DNA of 64,000 bases, taken from contig JBDHHQ010000003.1 in the NCBI GenBank assembly GCA_039589315.1, positions 64,001 through 128,000 of the forward strand, read 5' to 3'. Under the pieces are notes generated by a model. The model was not told where the DNA came from. It worked only from the letters and a program-made list of their open reading frames with translations, and searched no databases. Numbering within the stretch: position 1 is the first letter of the stretch; the number at the start of each line of letters is the position of its first letter. Shown here in pieces: positions 41,530 to 51,107 of this stretch. Position numbers and translations under genes: made by a program. The stretch comes from Gemmatimonadota bacterium. Its GTDB lineage: Bacteria > Gemmatimonadota > Gemmatimonadetes > Longimicrobiales > Gaopeijiaceae.

Positions 41530-42168
41530 ATGTCCGAACCACAACCCCCGCAACGAAACCCCTTGGCGATCGCCGTGCTGGTGACGGCGGGCGCGATGGC
41601 GAGTGGCGGCTGTTCACTCGCCTCCGAGGGAACCGCCCCCTTCGAGCGGCCGCGGCCGGAGGCGCGTGGGGAGACACCGGGCAGCGACTCCGGAGGGCAC
41701 GCGACAGGGGAGCCCGACCCCACGGTCGGTGCCACGACTTCACCGGCGGCGGAAGGCGCCCTGCCCCGGCCGGAGCTGAAGAGTCGCTACGGCAACCCCG
41801 AGTCGTATGTCGTCTTCGGGCAGCGGTACGAAGTGCTGGACTCGAGCCGGGGGTACGTACGGGAAGGCATCGCGTCGTGGTACGGCGAGCCGTTTCACGG
41901 CCGACGCACCTCGAACGGCGAGGTCTACGACATGCACGCCCTCACCGCCGCCCACAAGTCCCTGCCGCTCCCGACCTACGTTCTGGTCACCAACCTCGAG
42001 AACGGCCGCCAGGTGGTCCTCCGCGTAAACGATCGTGGGCCCTTCCACGGCGGCAGGATCATCGACGTGTCATTCTCGGCGGCGCAGAAGCTCGGGATGA
42101 TCGGGCCCGGGACGGCGCGCGTGGAGGTTCGCGCCCTGGACCCACCGGCGACTGACCGGGGCCGGTAG
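41530..42168 (+). CDS. rlpA: RlpA-family lytic transglycosylase lipoprotein (DPBB domain, no SPOR domain)
   Basis: Lipobox-like ASGGC; GIASWYG..FHGRRTSNGEVYDM..LTAAHKSLPLP, RVNDRGPF, RIIDVS; AGGAGG RBS. Confidence 0.92.
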   Translation: MSEPQPPQRNPLAIAVLVTAGAMASGGCSLASEGTAPFERPRPEARGETPGSDSGGHATGEPDPTVGATTSPAAEGALPRPELKSRYGNPESYVVFGQRYEVLDSSRGYVREGIASWYGEPFHGRRTSNGEVYDMHALTAAHKSLPLPTYVLVTNLENGRQVVLRVNDRGPFHGGRIIDVSFSAAQKLGMIGPGTARVEVRALDPPATDRGR

Positions 42169-42237
42169 CGCAGTGTCGCCGCCGTCCCACCGCGCGCCGA
42201 CCGGGCCACCGGACTCGCCCTCCTAGGCGGAGCGACC

Positions 42238-43176
42238 GTGCGCATCGGCATCGACCTCGGCGGCACGAAGACCGAGATCATCGGGCTCTCGGCTCACGGC
42301 GAGGAGCTCGGACGCCGCAGAACCGCCACCCCCCGAAGCTACGACGGCTCCCTTGATGCCATGGTCGATCTCGTGACGTGGATCGAGGCGGAGACCGGTC
42401 AGCGGGGAAGCGTGGGCGTGGGAATCCCGGGCGCCCTCTCACCGTCGACCGGCAACGTGAAGAACGCCAATTCCACCTGGCTCATCGGCCACCCCCTGGC
42501 CGAGGATCTCGCGGCGGCATTGGCGCGTCCGGTGAGAGTGATGAACGACGCCAACTGCTTCGCTCTTTCGGAGGCGACCGACGGAGCCGGCGCCGGCGCC
42601 GACGTGGTCTTCGGCGTGATCCTGGGTACAGGGGTCGGGGGTGCGATCGTCGTGGACGGACGGTGCCTGGAAGGACCCAACCGTATCGCGGGAGAGTGGG
42701 GCCACAATCCGCTCCCGTGGCCCCGCCCCGCCGAGCTCCCGGGACCCGCGTGCTACTGCGGCAAGCAGGGATGCATCGAGACGTTCGTCTCCGGGCCGGG
42801 GCTCGAGCGAGACCACCGCACCGTGACGCGGGAGGATCTGGCCAGCCCGGAGATCACGGAGAGGGCAAGCGCCGGCGACGCTGGCGCGACCGAGGCCCTG
42901 CGAAGGTACGAGGACCGTCTCGCTCGGGCTCTCGCCTCTGTCATCAACATCGTGGACCCGGACGTCGTGGTCCTCGGCGGCGGCATGAGCAACCTGCCGA
43001 GTCTGCCCGAATCGGTCGCGGCGGTCGTGCCGCGCTACGTCTTCTCCGACGAGGTGCGAACCCGGATCGTTCGCAACCGGCACGGCGATTCCAGTGGAGT
43101 CCGGGGAGCCGCCTGGCTCTGGTCCGAGGGGTCGGACCCGGAGAGAGCGGCCGGTCGCCGGACGGGCAAGCCTTGA
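42238..43176 (+). CDS. ROK family sugar kinase (fructokinase Mak-like)
   Basis: IGIDLGGTK, NDANCFALSEA, ILGTGVG, GEWGH, CYCGKQGCIE, HGDSSGVRGAA. Confidence 0.92.
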   Translation: MRIGIDLGGTKTEIIGLSAHGEELGRRRTATPRSYDGSLDAMVDLVTWIEAETGQRGSVGVGIPGALSPSTGNVKNANSTWLIGHPLAEDLAAALARPVRVMNDANCFALSEATDGAGAGADVVFGVILGTGVGGAIVVDGRCLEGPNRIAGEWGHNPLPWPRPAELPGPACYCGKQGCIETFVSGPGLERDHRTVTREDLASPEITERASAGDAGATEALRRYEDRLARALASVINIVDPDVVVLGGGMSNLPSLPESVAAVVPRYVFSDEVRTRIVRNRHGDSSGVRGAAWLWSEGSDPERAAGRRTGKP

Positions 43177-43190
43177 CGGGGTAGGCACCC

Positions 43191-45872
43191 CTAGCCGCGG
43201 AGCGCCTCCCGGAGAGCCGCGGCCAGTGTCGACTTCTCGAACGGCTTCTCCACCAGAGCGACCTGGTCGTCCAGCCGCCCTTCACCCGCCAGGACGTCCC
43301 TCGAATAACCGGAGCTGTACAACACCCGCAGTTCGGGCCTGCGCCTGCGGGCCTCGTCGGCGAGCTGGGCCCCGGTGGTCCCGCCCGGTAGCACGAGGTC
43401 GGTGAAGAGCAGGTCCACCTCCGGCTCCCCCTCCAGGATCGCCAGAGCCGCCTCGGCTTCCTCGGCCTCGAAGGTGTCGTAGCCGAGCCGTTTGATCAGT
43501 CGGACAACGAGACGCCGCACGTCCGGGTCGTCTTCCACCACCAGGATCACCGCGTCGCCATCCGACGCCTCGGCGACGGGAGCGACCGGGAGAGAGACGG
43601 TGGACCGACTGCCCCCCGCCCGGGGCATGTAGAGACGGACGGTGGTCCCCAGCCCCGGCTCGCTCTCGATGGAAATGTGCCCCCCCGACTGGCTGACGAA
43701 TCCGTACACCATGCTCAACCCGAGACCGCTTCCCTTGCCCACCTCCTTGGTGGTGAAGAAGGGCTCGAAGGCGTGCTCGAGGATCTCCGAAGGCATCCCG
43801 GCCCCGTCGTCCTTCACCTCCAGCAGGACGTACTCGCCCGCTGGAGCGCCGCCCGACAGAGTCTGTCCGTCGTCCAGTACGGCGTTCGACGCGCGGATTT
43901 CCAACCGTCCGCCCCGCGGCATGGCGTCCCGGGCGTTCAGCACCAGGTTCAGGATCGCGTTCTCCATCTGGGGGCGGTCCGCGCGCAGCGTCCAGAGGTC
44001 CGCGGCGACGCTGGACCGCACGTCGATGGCCTCCCGCAGACTGGCGGTGAGCAGATCCTGCATCTCGGTGAGCAGCGCGCCCAGGTCCACGACGGTGGGC
44101 CGGAGCGTCTGACGCCTGGAAAAAGCCAGGAGGCGCTGGGTCAGGGTGGCGCCGCGCCGCGTGGCATCCATGGCCGCCTCCAACGCGCTCAACGCCTTGT
44201 GTCCCTCTCCGAGGTCGGCCCTCACGAGCTCCAACCCGCCCATGATGACCGTCATGAGGTTGTTGTAGTCGTGCGCCACGCCGCCGGTCAGCTGGCCGAC
44301 CACCTCCATCTTCTGGGACTGCCGCAGCTGGTCCTCGGTATGCCGGCGTCGCGTGATGTCCTCGATGACGAAGACGAAGTAGGCCGGCTCCCCCCCTTCG
44401 TCGCGCAGGAGCGCGACGGTCAAGTTGCCCCAGACGGTGCCGCCGTCCTGTCGCAAGTATCGTTTCTCCATGCTGAACGACTCCAGCTCCCCCGCCAGGA
44501 CCCGCCTGAGACGCTCAGCGGTCTCGCCCCTGTCTTCCGGGTGCGTGAAGGATTCGTAAGGGACGTTCAGCAGATCGGCCCGATCGTAGCCGAGTATCTC
44601 CGCGCCGCGCTTGTTGACCCTGAGGAGGCGGCCGTCCACATCGACGTGCGCGATCCCTACCGCCGCCTGCTCGAAGGTGCTCCTGAACCGCACCTCGCTC
44701 TCCCGCATGGCCTCCTCGGCCACGACTCTGTCCGTCAGGTCGGTCGCCACGCCGGTGACGCCGGTGACGTCACCGGCCTCGTCGACGATCGGGGTATAGG
44801 CCGTCTCCCAGACCAACTCCCCCACACGGACCGTCGCCTTCACGACCTCGCCGTCCAAGGCACGGCGAATCTCGTCCCGGATCCCGGGGTACAGATCGAA
44901 GGCCGATTGTCCCACCACCTGACCCGGCTCCAACCCCAGCGCCTCCAGTCCCTGGCCCTCCGAGAGGGTGAACCGGCCGTCCCGGTCCAAGGCGAAGAAG
45001 ACGATGGGTGCGTTGGACACGATGGTGGCGATCCAGGTCTCCGCCCGCCGCAGCTCGTCCTCGGTGAGACGACGCGCGGCCTCCACGGTCGAGAGCACCT
45101 GGGCCTGCCGTCCGTACGTTCCCAGCAGCAGGTCGAGCGCACCCCGGTCCCGGTCCGGGGCATACCCGGGCATGGTGGGCGCGACCCTGACCAGGTACCA
45201 CGCAGCCAGGGGCCAGACGATGACCCCTGCCACCGACTTCTGCACCAAGGTGATCCCGACGGGGTCCAGGAGTCCGCCCCAGCCGAACGCGACGACGCGG
45301 AACGTCAACGTGTCCGTCCACAGGGCCGCCAGCAAAGCCAGGCCCGGGGTGACCCAGGTCGGGGTTCTCGGCAGGAAGTTGGTCACGGTCTGGTAGACCA
45401 CCACGATCGCCGTCAGGCTCAGCGCGAACGCCGCGAGAGAGCCGATCGTGATGGACGGGGACCGGGCCAGGGAGCGGTGGTCCGCCGCGAGACCGGCGAT
45501 GGTGCCGCCGCCGGGCAGGGAGAGGTGGCCGGCCTGGAGAAGCTGAAGGCCCAGCGCCAGCACGCTCACGCCCAGGACGCCGAAGAGGGTGATGCGGGCA
45601 GCGGCCGTGCCCTGGACCACGTAGATGGCGAGCATGCCCAGGAGCGCAGCGGGGACGAGGACCACCGACACGATGATCACGTCGACGCCCGGCAGCGCCT
45701 CGACGAAGACGCCTACGGGGCCGAGCGTGTGCAGGATGGTCACGATGGCCGCCAGGCAGAGCATCAAGGGCGCCAGGCCATATCTGGGACTGAGCCGGTG
45801 CAGCCACAGAACCACGCCGCACAGCACGATCAGATCGACGACGACCAGAAGAATGTTGTTCAAGGCGCTCAT
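43191..45872 (-). CDS. Hybrid sensor histidine kinase: membrane sensor, 2 PAS, HisKA, HATPase, REC
   Basis: About 7 TM helices; QSQKMEVVGQLTGGVAHDYNN, NLVLNARDAM, FEPFFTTK, GSGLGL, ILVVEDD, LLFTDLVLP. Confidence 0.93.
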   Translation of the reverse strand: MSALNNILLVVVDLIVLCGVVLWLHRLSPRYGLAPLMLCLAAIVTILHTLGPVGVFVEALPGVDVIIVSVVLVPAALLGMLAIYVVQGTAAARITLFGVLGVSVLALGLQLLQAGHLSLPGGGTIAGLAADHRSLARSPSITIGSLAAFALSLTAIVVVYQTVTNFLPRTPTWVTPGLALLAALWTDTLTFRVVAFGWGGLLDPVGITLVQKSVAGVIVWPLAAWYLVRVAPTMPGYAPDRDRGALDLLLGTYGRQAQVLSTVEAARRLTEDELRRAETWIATIVSNAPIVFFALDRDGRFTLSEGQGLEALGLEPGQVVGQSAFDLYPGIRDEIRRALDGEVVKATVRVGELVWETAYTPIVDEAGDVTGVTGVATDLTDRVVAEEAMRESEVRFRSTFEQAAVGIAHVDVDGRLLRVNKRGAEILGYDRADLLNVPYESFTHPEDRGETAERLRRVLAGELESFSMEKRYLRQDGGTVWGNLTVALLRDEGGEPAYFVFVIEDITRRRHTEDQLRQSQKMEVVGQLTGGVAHDYNNLMTVIMGGLELVRADLGEGHKALSALEAAMDATRRGATLTQRLLAFSRRQTLRPTVVDLGALLTEMQDLLTASLREAIDVRSSVAADLWTLRADRPQMENAILNLVLNARDAMPRGGRLEIRASNAVLDDGQTLSGGAPAGEYVLLEVKDDGAGMPSEILEHAFEPFFTTKEVGKGSGLGLSMVYGFVSQSGGHISIESEPGLGTTVRLYMPRAGGSRSTVSLPVAPVAEASDGDAVILVVEDDPDVRRLVVRLIKRLGYDTFEAEEAEAALAILEGEPEVDLLFTDLVLPGGTTGAQLADEARRRRPELRVLYSSGYSRDVLAGEGRLDDQVALVEKPFEKSTLAAALREALRG

Positions 45873-46001
45873 AGGGAGCCGGCGATCCCGTTGTGGGAGG
45901 GTGACCCAGCGAACGATGGATCGGGCTGGAGGATTTGGAAAGTCCCCGACGCCCGGTGCCGCGCGCCCGCCACGCCGGAAGCTCGGCGGAGGACGCCCGC
46001 G

Positions 46002-46349
46002 CTACCCGTCTTCGCGCTCGACACCCAGGAAGACGTTGACCAGCGAGATCACGAGTGAGCCGAGGAATGCCGACTTGAAGTCCGTCACGGAGAGGGCGCG
46101 CGTGAACGCGTCCGTGAGCATGAGCATCGCTGCGTTGACCACCAGCGAGAAGAGGCCGAGGGTCAGCAGGATGAACGGCAGGGTCAAGATCTTGATCACG
46201 GGCTTCACCAGCGCGTTCACCGCGCTGAGGACCAACGCCACGACCACGACTTCACCGAAGACCGGCGAGAGTTGAATGCCGTTGATCAGCGTCGCGGCCA
46301 GCCAGAGGGCCACGGCGTTGGCGAAGATCCGAAATAGCAGGCTTCTCAT
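46002..46349 (-). CDS. YvlD/DUF360 4-TM membrane protein (phage holin superfamily IV-like)
   Basis: VNALVKPVIKILTLPFILLTLGLFSLVVNA, SAFLGSLVIS. Confidence 0.88.
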   Translation of the reverse strand: MRSLLFRIFANAVALWLAATLINGIQLSPVFGEVVVVALVLSAVNALVKPVIKILTLPFILLTLGLFSLVVNAAMLMLTDAFTRALSVTDFKSAFLGSLVISLVNVFLGVEREDG

Positions 46350-46401
46350 GAGTCCCTTTGCGTGGCAGGGCGAGCCCCCTGGGCGGAGGCTCACGCGCGC
46401 T

Positions 46402-47298
46402 TCACGGTAAGGCATCCTCGTCCAAGCGCTCCACCGCCGCAAGGATGTCCCCCAGCTTCTGATGAACTCGGCGGAAGCCGAGGTTGCTCACATAGACCTT
46501 GTCCGCGCCGACCCGGCAGAGGGCTCTCAGCGTGCGGGCGCAGATCTCGGTGGGCGTGGCCCCCTCCGCGAACTCCCGGGTCAGCGCGGCCACCGGCACG
46601 GGAAAGAAGGAGCTCAAGCGCTCCAACGTCCGGGGGTTGGCGCTCCGGTAGAAGAAGACTCCGAATGCCGCCGGCATGTCCGGCGCCCGGCTGTGCAACT
46701 CGTTCACGAAGGCTTCGAGGGCCGGCAGGCTGTGGTGCGAAACGACCTGGGTCAGGATGAACTCGGCCTCGAAGTCGCCTCGCGTGACGAAGCCCACCTG
46801 CTCCGCGGGATCGCGGTGAGGATTGGCCCAGCCGCCCAGCACGAGCTCCGGGACCGCCTCGCGGATTCGCTGCCGCAGCTCGTTGGCGTGGGGCAGGCAG
46901 CGTGCCGGTCCAACGGAGGGATCGCCTCCCAACACCGTGAGAGCCGGGAACCCCAGGGACGCCGCTCGACGGGCGAACATGAGGCAGTAGTCGAGGGGGT
47001 GCTTGCAGGTGAGGAAGGGCACCACCTGCTCGAACCCCACCTCGCGGCCCAGATTGTAGCTCAGGTGTGTCAGGCTCTCCTCTTCCTGCGCGCCGACTGC
47101 GTTGTCGGTGAGGAAGACCGGTGTGCCGTTCCGGGTCAGATGCCGGAGGGAGTGCCGCATGTCGATCCAGACGTCCATGCCCTCCTCGAGGGAGAGCCGG
47201 CTCTTGGGCGGACGCAGCTCCACCGAGGTCATGGGCCCGGGTTCCCGGAGACGCGTGAGCACCGGAGACGTGCGCCGCACCTCACCGCCACCGCTCAA
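46402..47298 (-). CDS. Divergent stand-alone MTHFR-like FAD TIM-barrel protein
   Basis: SVELRPPK, LTDN, PFLTCKH, VLGGD, ANP, AEFILTQ; TTG start overlaps the pepP stop. Confidence 0.7.
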   Translation of the reverse strand: MSGGGEVRRTSPVLTRLREPGPMTSVELRPPKSRLSLEEGMDVWIDMRHSLRHLTRNGTPVFLTDNAVGAQEEESLTHLSYNLGREVGFEQVVPFLTCKHPLDYCLMFARRAASLGFPALTVLGGDPSVGPARCLPHANELRQRIREAVPELVLGGWANPHRDPAEQVGFVTRGDFEAEFILTQVVSHHSLPALEAFVNELHSRAPDMPAAFGVFFYRSANPRTLERLSSFFPVPVAALTREFAEGATPTEICARTLRALCRVGADKVYVSNLGFRRVHQKLGDILAAVERLDEDALP

Positions 47299-48641
47299 GG
47301 TCGTTGCTCGGGAGGACCGACCAGCGCGGCCACGGCCTCGGCCTCGGTCGGTAGCTCACTGGTGAGACGCTCGGGACCGTCCTCGCCGATGAGCACGTCG
47401 TCCTCGATGCGGACGCCCAGGTCGGCGTACGGTCCCGCCCGGTCGCCCACGTGAGGGGGGAAGTAGAGGCCTGGCTCCACCGTGAGCACCATACCCGGCT
47501 CCAACAGCCTGCTCGAGCCGTCGTTCGCGTAGTCGCCGACGTCATGCACTTCCAGCCCCAGCCAGTGACCGGTCTGGTGTGGATAGAAGGCTCGATAGTC
47601 CTCCGATGCCACGATCTGGTCCACCGACTCGGCGAGCACCCGCAGGTCTCTCAAGCCCTCGGCTATCACGCCGACCGCCGCGTCGTGGACGCCGGCCACG
47701 GGCGCCCCGGGCCGCGCCGCCTCGATGGCCGCACGGCGCGCTCGGTCGACGACGTCGTACACGTCGCGCTGCCGCGACGAGAAGGAGCCGGACACGGGAA
47801 ACGTGCGGGTGATGTCGGCCGAATAGTGGTCCACCTCCGCGCCGGCGTCCACAAGGAGCAAGTCACCGGCGGACAGCCGCGCGCGATTGGCCACGTAGTG
47901 CAGCACGCACGCGTTCCCGCCAGAGGCGACGATGCTGGCGAACGCGGGGCCTTCGCCGCCTCCCGCCCGAAAGCGCCCGTCCAGAAGCGCCTCCAGCTCC
48001 CACTCCCCCACACCCGGTGCCGTAGCCTCGGCCAACCGACGGAAGCCCTCGACGGTAAGGGACGCAGCCCGGCGGATGCAGTCCAGCTCCTTCGGGTCCT
48101 TGTGGACGCGTAGCTCGCTCAGGATCTCGCCGGGGTCCACCACCGACCGCGGTCCCTGGCCCTTGCGGGCGCCACGACGCCGAGACCAACGCAGCGCTTC
48201 GACGACGAGCCGCTCCACGCGCTCCTGGCCCCCCAGGCGGTAATTCACCCTGCGAGCACCGTGGAGCAGCCCGGGCAGTCGCTCTTCCAGCTCGGCCAGG
48301 GGAAAGGCGGCGTCCGCGCCGAACGCGTCACGAGCGGCCTCCGGCCCCAGACGAGTACCCGACCACTGCTCGGCCTCGGCATCCCGCTCCCGGACGAAGA
48401 GCACGAATCGCTCCTCGTCGGCGTGGTCCCTCAGGACCGCGACGACGCCCGGCTCCTCCATCCCCGTGACGTAGAGCAGCTCACTGTCCGGCCGGTACCG
48501 GTACTCGGAGTCCCCGGAACGGAACTTCACGGGGGAAGCCGGCAACACCATGGCGCCGCCGTCCAGACGCTCGAAGACCCGGTTCCTTCGGCCGGAGAAC
48601 GTCTCGGCGTCGAAGCCGGCCCGGAAATGCTCCAGTCCCAT
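47295..48641 (-). CDS. pepP: Xaa-Pro aminopeptidase (M24B)
   Basis: YRYRPDSELLYVTG, LHY, LVDAGAE, ADITRTFP, HQTGHWLGLEVHD, TVEPGLY, GVRIEDD. Confidence 0.93.
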   Translation of the reverse strand: MGLEHFRAGFDAETFSGRRNRVFERLDGGAMVLPASPVKFRSGDSEYRYRPDSELLYVTGMEEPGVVAVLRDHADEERFVLFVRERDAEAEQWSGTRLGPEAARDAFGADAAFPLAELEERLPGLLHGARRVNYRLGGQERVERLVVEALRWSRRRGARKGQGPRSVVDPGEILSELRVHKDPKELDCIRRAASLTVEGFRRLAEATAPGVGEWELEALLDGRFRAGGGEGPAFASIVASGGNACVLHYVANRARLSAGDLLLVDAGAEVDHYSADITRTFPVSGSFSSRQRDVYDVVDRARRAAIEAARPGAPVAGVHDAAVGVIAEGLRDLRVLAESVDQIVASEDYRAFYPHQTGHWLGLEVHDVGDYANDGSSRLLEPGMVLTVEPGLYFPPHVGDRAGPYADLGVRIEDDVLIGEDGPERLTSELPTEAEAVAALVGPPEQRP

Positions 48642-48661
48642 GCCCAATCCAGACCCGTCGT

Positions 48662-50776
48662 TCAGCGGGAGGCGGTCACCGCCTCCGCCTCATCGATGAG
48701 GAAGTGGACCAACCAGCTCCGGATCCTCTCCAGGCGATCGACCAGGAGCCACGGCTCGCCGGTACGCGAGAGGCCATGCGAGGACCGCGGGTATCGCACC
48801 AGCTCGGCGGGGATGCCCCGCTTCCTCAGCGACAGGTACCACTGCTCCGCGTCCTGCATGGGCGTCCTGTAGTCTTCCTCGCTGTGGATGACCAGCGTGG
48901 GCGCGGTGACGTTCTCCACGTAGGAGATGGGCGAGAGTCTGCGGTACAGGGCCCGCTGCTCCCAGGGCGCACCACCGAACTCGAACTCGGTGAGACCCGG
49001 CACGTCACTGGTCCCCCACCAGCTTTCCCAGTTCGAGATGGACCGGGAGGTCACAGCGGCGCTGAAGCGGTCGGTCGTGGCCGTGAGCCAGTTGGTCATG
49101 AATCCCCCGTAGCTCCCGCCGGCCACGCCCAGGCGGCCCGGATCCACCTCGGGATAGCGGGCGAGGGCCGCGTCGAGCCCTGTGAGAAAGTCCTCCCGAT
49201 CCAGGATTCCCCATTGACCCCTCGTGGCATGCTCGAAGGCGTTGCCGTAGCCCGACGAACCGCGGGGGTTCGTGTAGAGGACGAAGAAACCCGCCGCAGA
49301 GAGCACGTGAAAGGTCGGAAAGAACCTGTTGCCGTAGGCCGAGTGCGGTCCGCCGTGGATCTTGAGCACCAGAGGATAACGTCCGCCGGCCTCGAAGCCG
49401 ACCGGCTTGATGATCCACCCCTCGATCTGGGCGCCATCCTGCACGGTCCAGGTGATCCGCTCGGCATCCATCAGCGCGAGCTCATTGGCCAAGGCGTCGT
49501 TGAAGGCCGTCGCCTGAACCTCCTCCGTCCCGTCACCCCGGGCCACGAACAGCTCGACAGGAGAGGTGACGTCGGTCGCCGCGTACGCGAGGACGGCCCC
49601 GTCCCGGCTGAAGGACAGATCACGGAGCTGTCGGTCGCCGTCCGTGATCTGTTGCACCCCCCCACCCGAGGCGGCCATCCGGAACGCATGGGCGTTGCCG
49701 CCGATCCTCGCGCCCCAGGTGAACGCGAGTCCGTCGGCGCTCCACTGTACGGGACCCGGCTCGAGGGGCCAATCCTCGGTGACGTTCGTGGGTACGCCGC
49801 GGGTCGTCCCGTCGGGGCCCAGCTCTGCCACCCAGACGTCGGTCTCGGCGCCCCGCTGCGACGTGGTCAGCCAGGCCAGCCGCGTCCCGTCCGGAGAGAC
49901 CGCGGGCGATCGCTGTGAGCCCGGGGCGTCGGCGACTCGGCGGGCTGATCCACCCGCCGCCGAAACGACCCAGAGGTCGACGTCGGGCTCGGCACGGTAT
50001 CCGTCGTCCTCCAGCTCGTCGCCCGCGAAGTAGACATGCAGGCTGTTGCCCGCCCAGGTGACGTCCTCGACGTCGAACGGTCCTCGGGTCAGCTGCCGTG
50101 ACTCGCCGCCCTCCGAGGAAACCACGAACAGCTGGCGCTTCCCTCGCGCGGACCGGTCAGGCAGAAGGCCAGCGGTCCCATCCCGCTTGTACCGCAGAGA
50201 CGTGATGACCCGTCCGTCGAAGCGACCCGCGTCCAGCGTCCGGGTCACGGCGTCCCCCGCGATCCACCCCTCCCGCTCGGACTCGGCGTCACCCGATCCC
50301 TCCGGCACTCGGGTGAACGCGATCCTGGACCCGTCTGGCGACCATACGGGGGAGCCGTCCACACCCGCGATGTGGAAGGCCTCTCCGACGGCTGCCGCAT
50401 CCATCCGCAGGAACCAGACGTCGTTGGGGTCGTCGCCGCGCTGCGACTTGAAGGACAACATGGCACCGTCCGGCGACCACACCGGATCGGAGGACTCCTC
50501 CGTGGGCGAGGTGAGGCGGAAGGGTCCGCCCGACGGTCGCCCGGCGTCCAGGCCCTGGAGCCAGATCTCCCTGTGGCGGCGGTTCTCCTCCTCGAGGACG
50601 GTGGTCAGGGTGAACGCCACCATGTCTCCGGAGGGAGCCACGGCCACCTGGTCCACCCGGGACAGCCGGTAATAGTCGGCCGGCGCGAAGCCCCGTGCCT
50701 GACCGGCGACGGGGGTCACGAGCACAATGGCGAGGAGGGAGGCAGCGCACGCCCCCCTCACACTGCGGTAGTCCAT
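48662..50776 (-). CDS. Secreted S9 family serine peptidase with beta-propeller domain
   Basis: Signal peptide; WSPDG repeats; IHGGP, NPRGSSGYG, GGSYGG, EEDYRT, SHG. Confidence 0.93.
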   Translation of the reverse strand: MDYRSVRGACAASLLAIVLVTPVAGQARGFAPADYYRLSRVDQVAVAPSGDMVAFTLTTVLEEENRRHREIWLQGLDAGRPSGGPFRLTSPTEESSDPVWSPDGAMLSFKSQRGDDPNDVWFLRMDAAAVGEAFHIAGVDGSPVWSPDGSRIAFTRVPEGSGDAESEREGWIAGDAVTRTLDAGRFDGRVITSLRYKRDGTAGLLPDRSARGKRQLFVVSSEGGESRQLTRGPFDVEDVTWAGNSLHVYFAGDELEDDGYRAEPDVDLWVVSAAGGSARRVADAPGSQRSPAVSPDGTRLAWLTTSQRGAETDVWVAELGPDGTTRGVPTNVTEDWPLEPGPVQWSADGLAFTWGARIGGNAHAFRMAASGGGVQQITDGDRQLRDLSFSRDGAVLAYAATDVTSPVELFVARGDGTEEVQATAFNDALANELALMDAERITWTVQDGAQIEGWIIKPVGFEAGGRYPLVLKIHGGPHSAYGNRFFPTFHVLSAAGFFVLYTNPRGSSGYGNAFEHATRGQWGILDREDFLTGLDAALARYPEVDPGRLGVAGGSYGGFMTNWLTATTDRFSAAVTSRSISNWESWWGTSDVPGLTEFEFGGAPWEQRALYRRLSPISYVENVTAPTLVIHSEEDYRTPMQDAEQWYLSLRKRGIPAELVRYPRSSHGLSRTGEPWLLVDRLERIRSWLVHFLIDEAEAVTASR

Positions 50777-51107
50777 CGGGTCTCCGGATTGCAGGTCGAC
50801 GGCGGGCGGCGGGCCCGCACGTTCGCTGCCGACCGGATGGCCCTCGTTGCCGTGCCTGGACGGCCGGAAGCGGGTGGAACTTATCCGTTTTCAGGGGTCG
50901 GCCTCAAGGCGCCGGCGCCGGCGGGGCACGACGGTCGTGGCGAGTCTGGGCGAGCGGAGCCCGTGCCGGGTTCCGCTCTCGGCTCGGCACGCGTTATCGT
51001 GTGCGGGCCCGCGGGGGTCTTGTGCGGGTCCGCCGGACCGGATGTGAGCCCGCGGCGCAGCGGCCGGCGGTCCTGCTCGAGTAGCCGCGGAAGAGCGAGG
51101 AGAGACT

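Noticed and set aside
46002..46349. Prophage suggested by the holin-family label
   Set aside because: YvlD/DUF360 proteins are common chromosomal genes, and there are no phage genes nearby.
50777..51107. Cobalamin riboswitch before the TonB receptor
   Set aside because: No B12-box or GGGAA...GCCACTG consensus seen.
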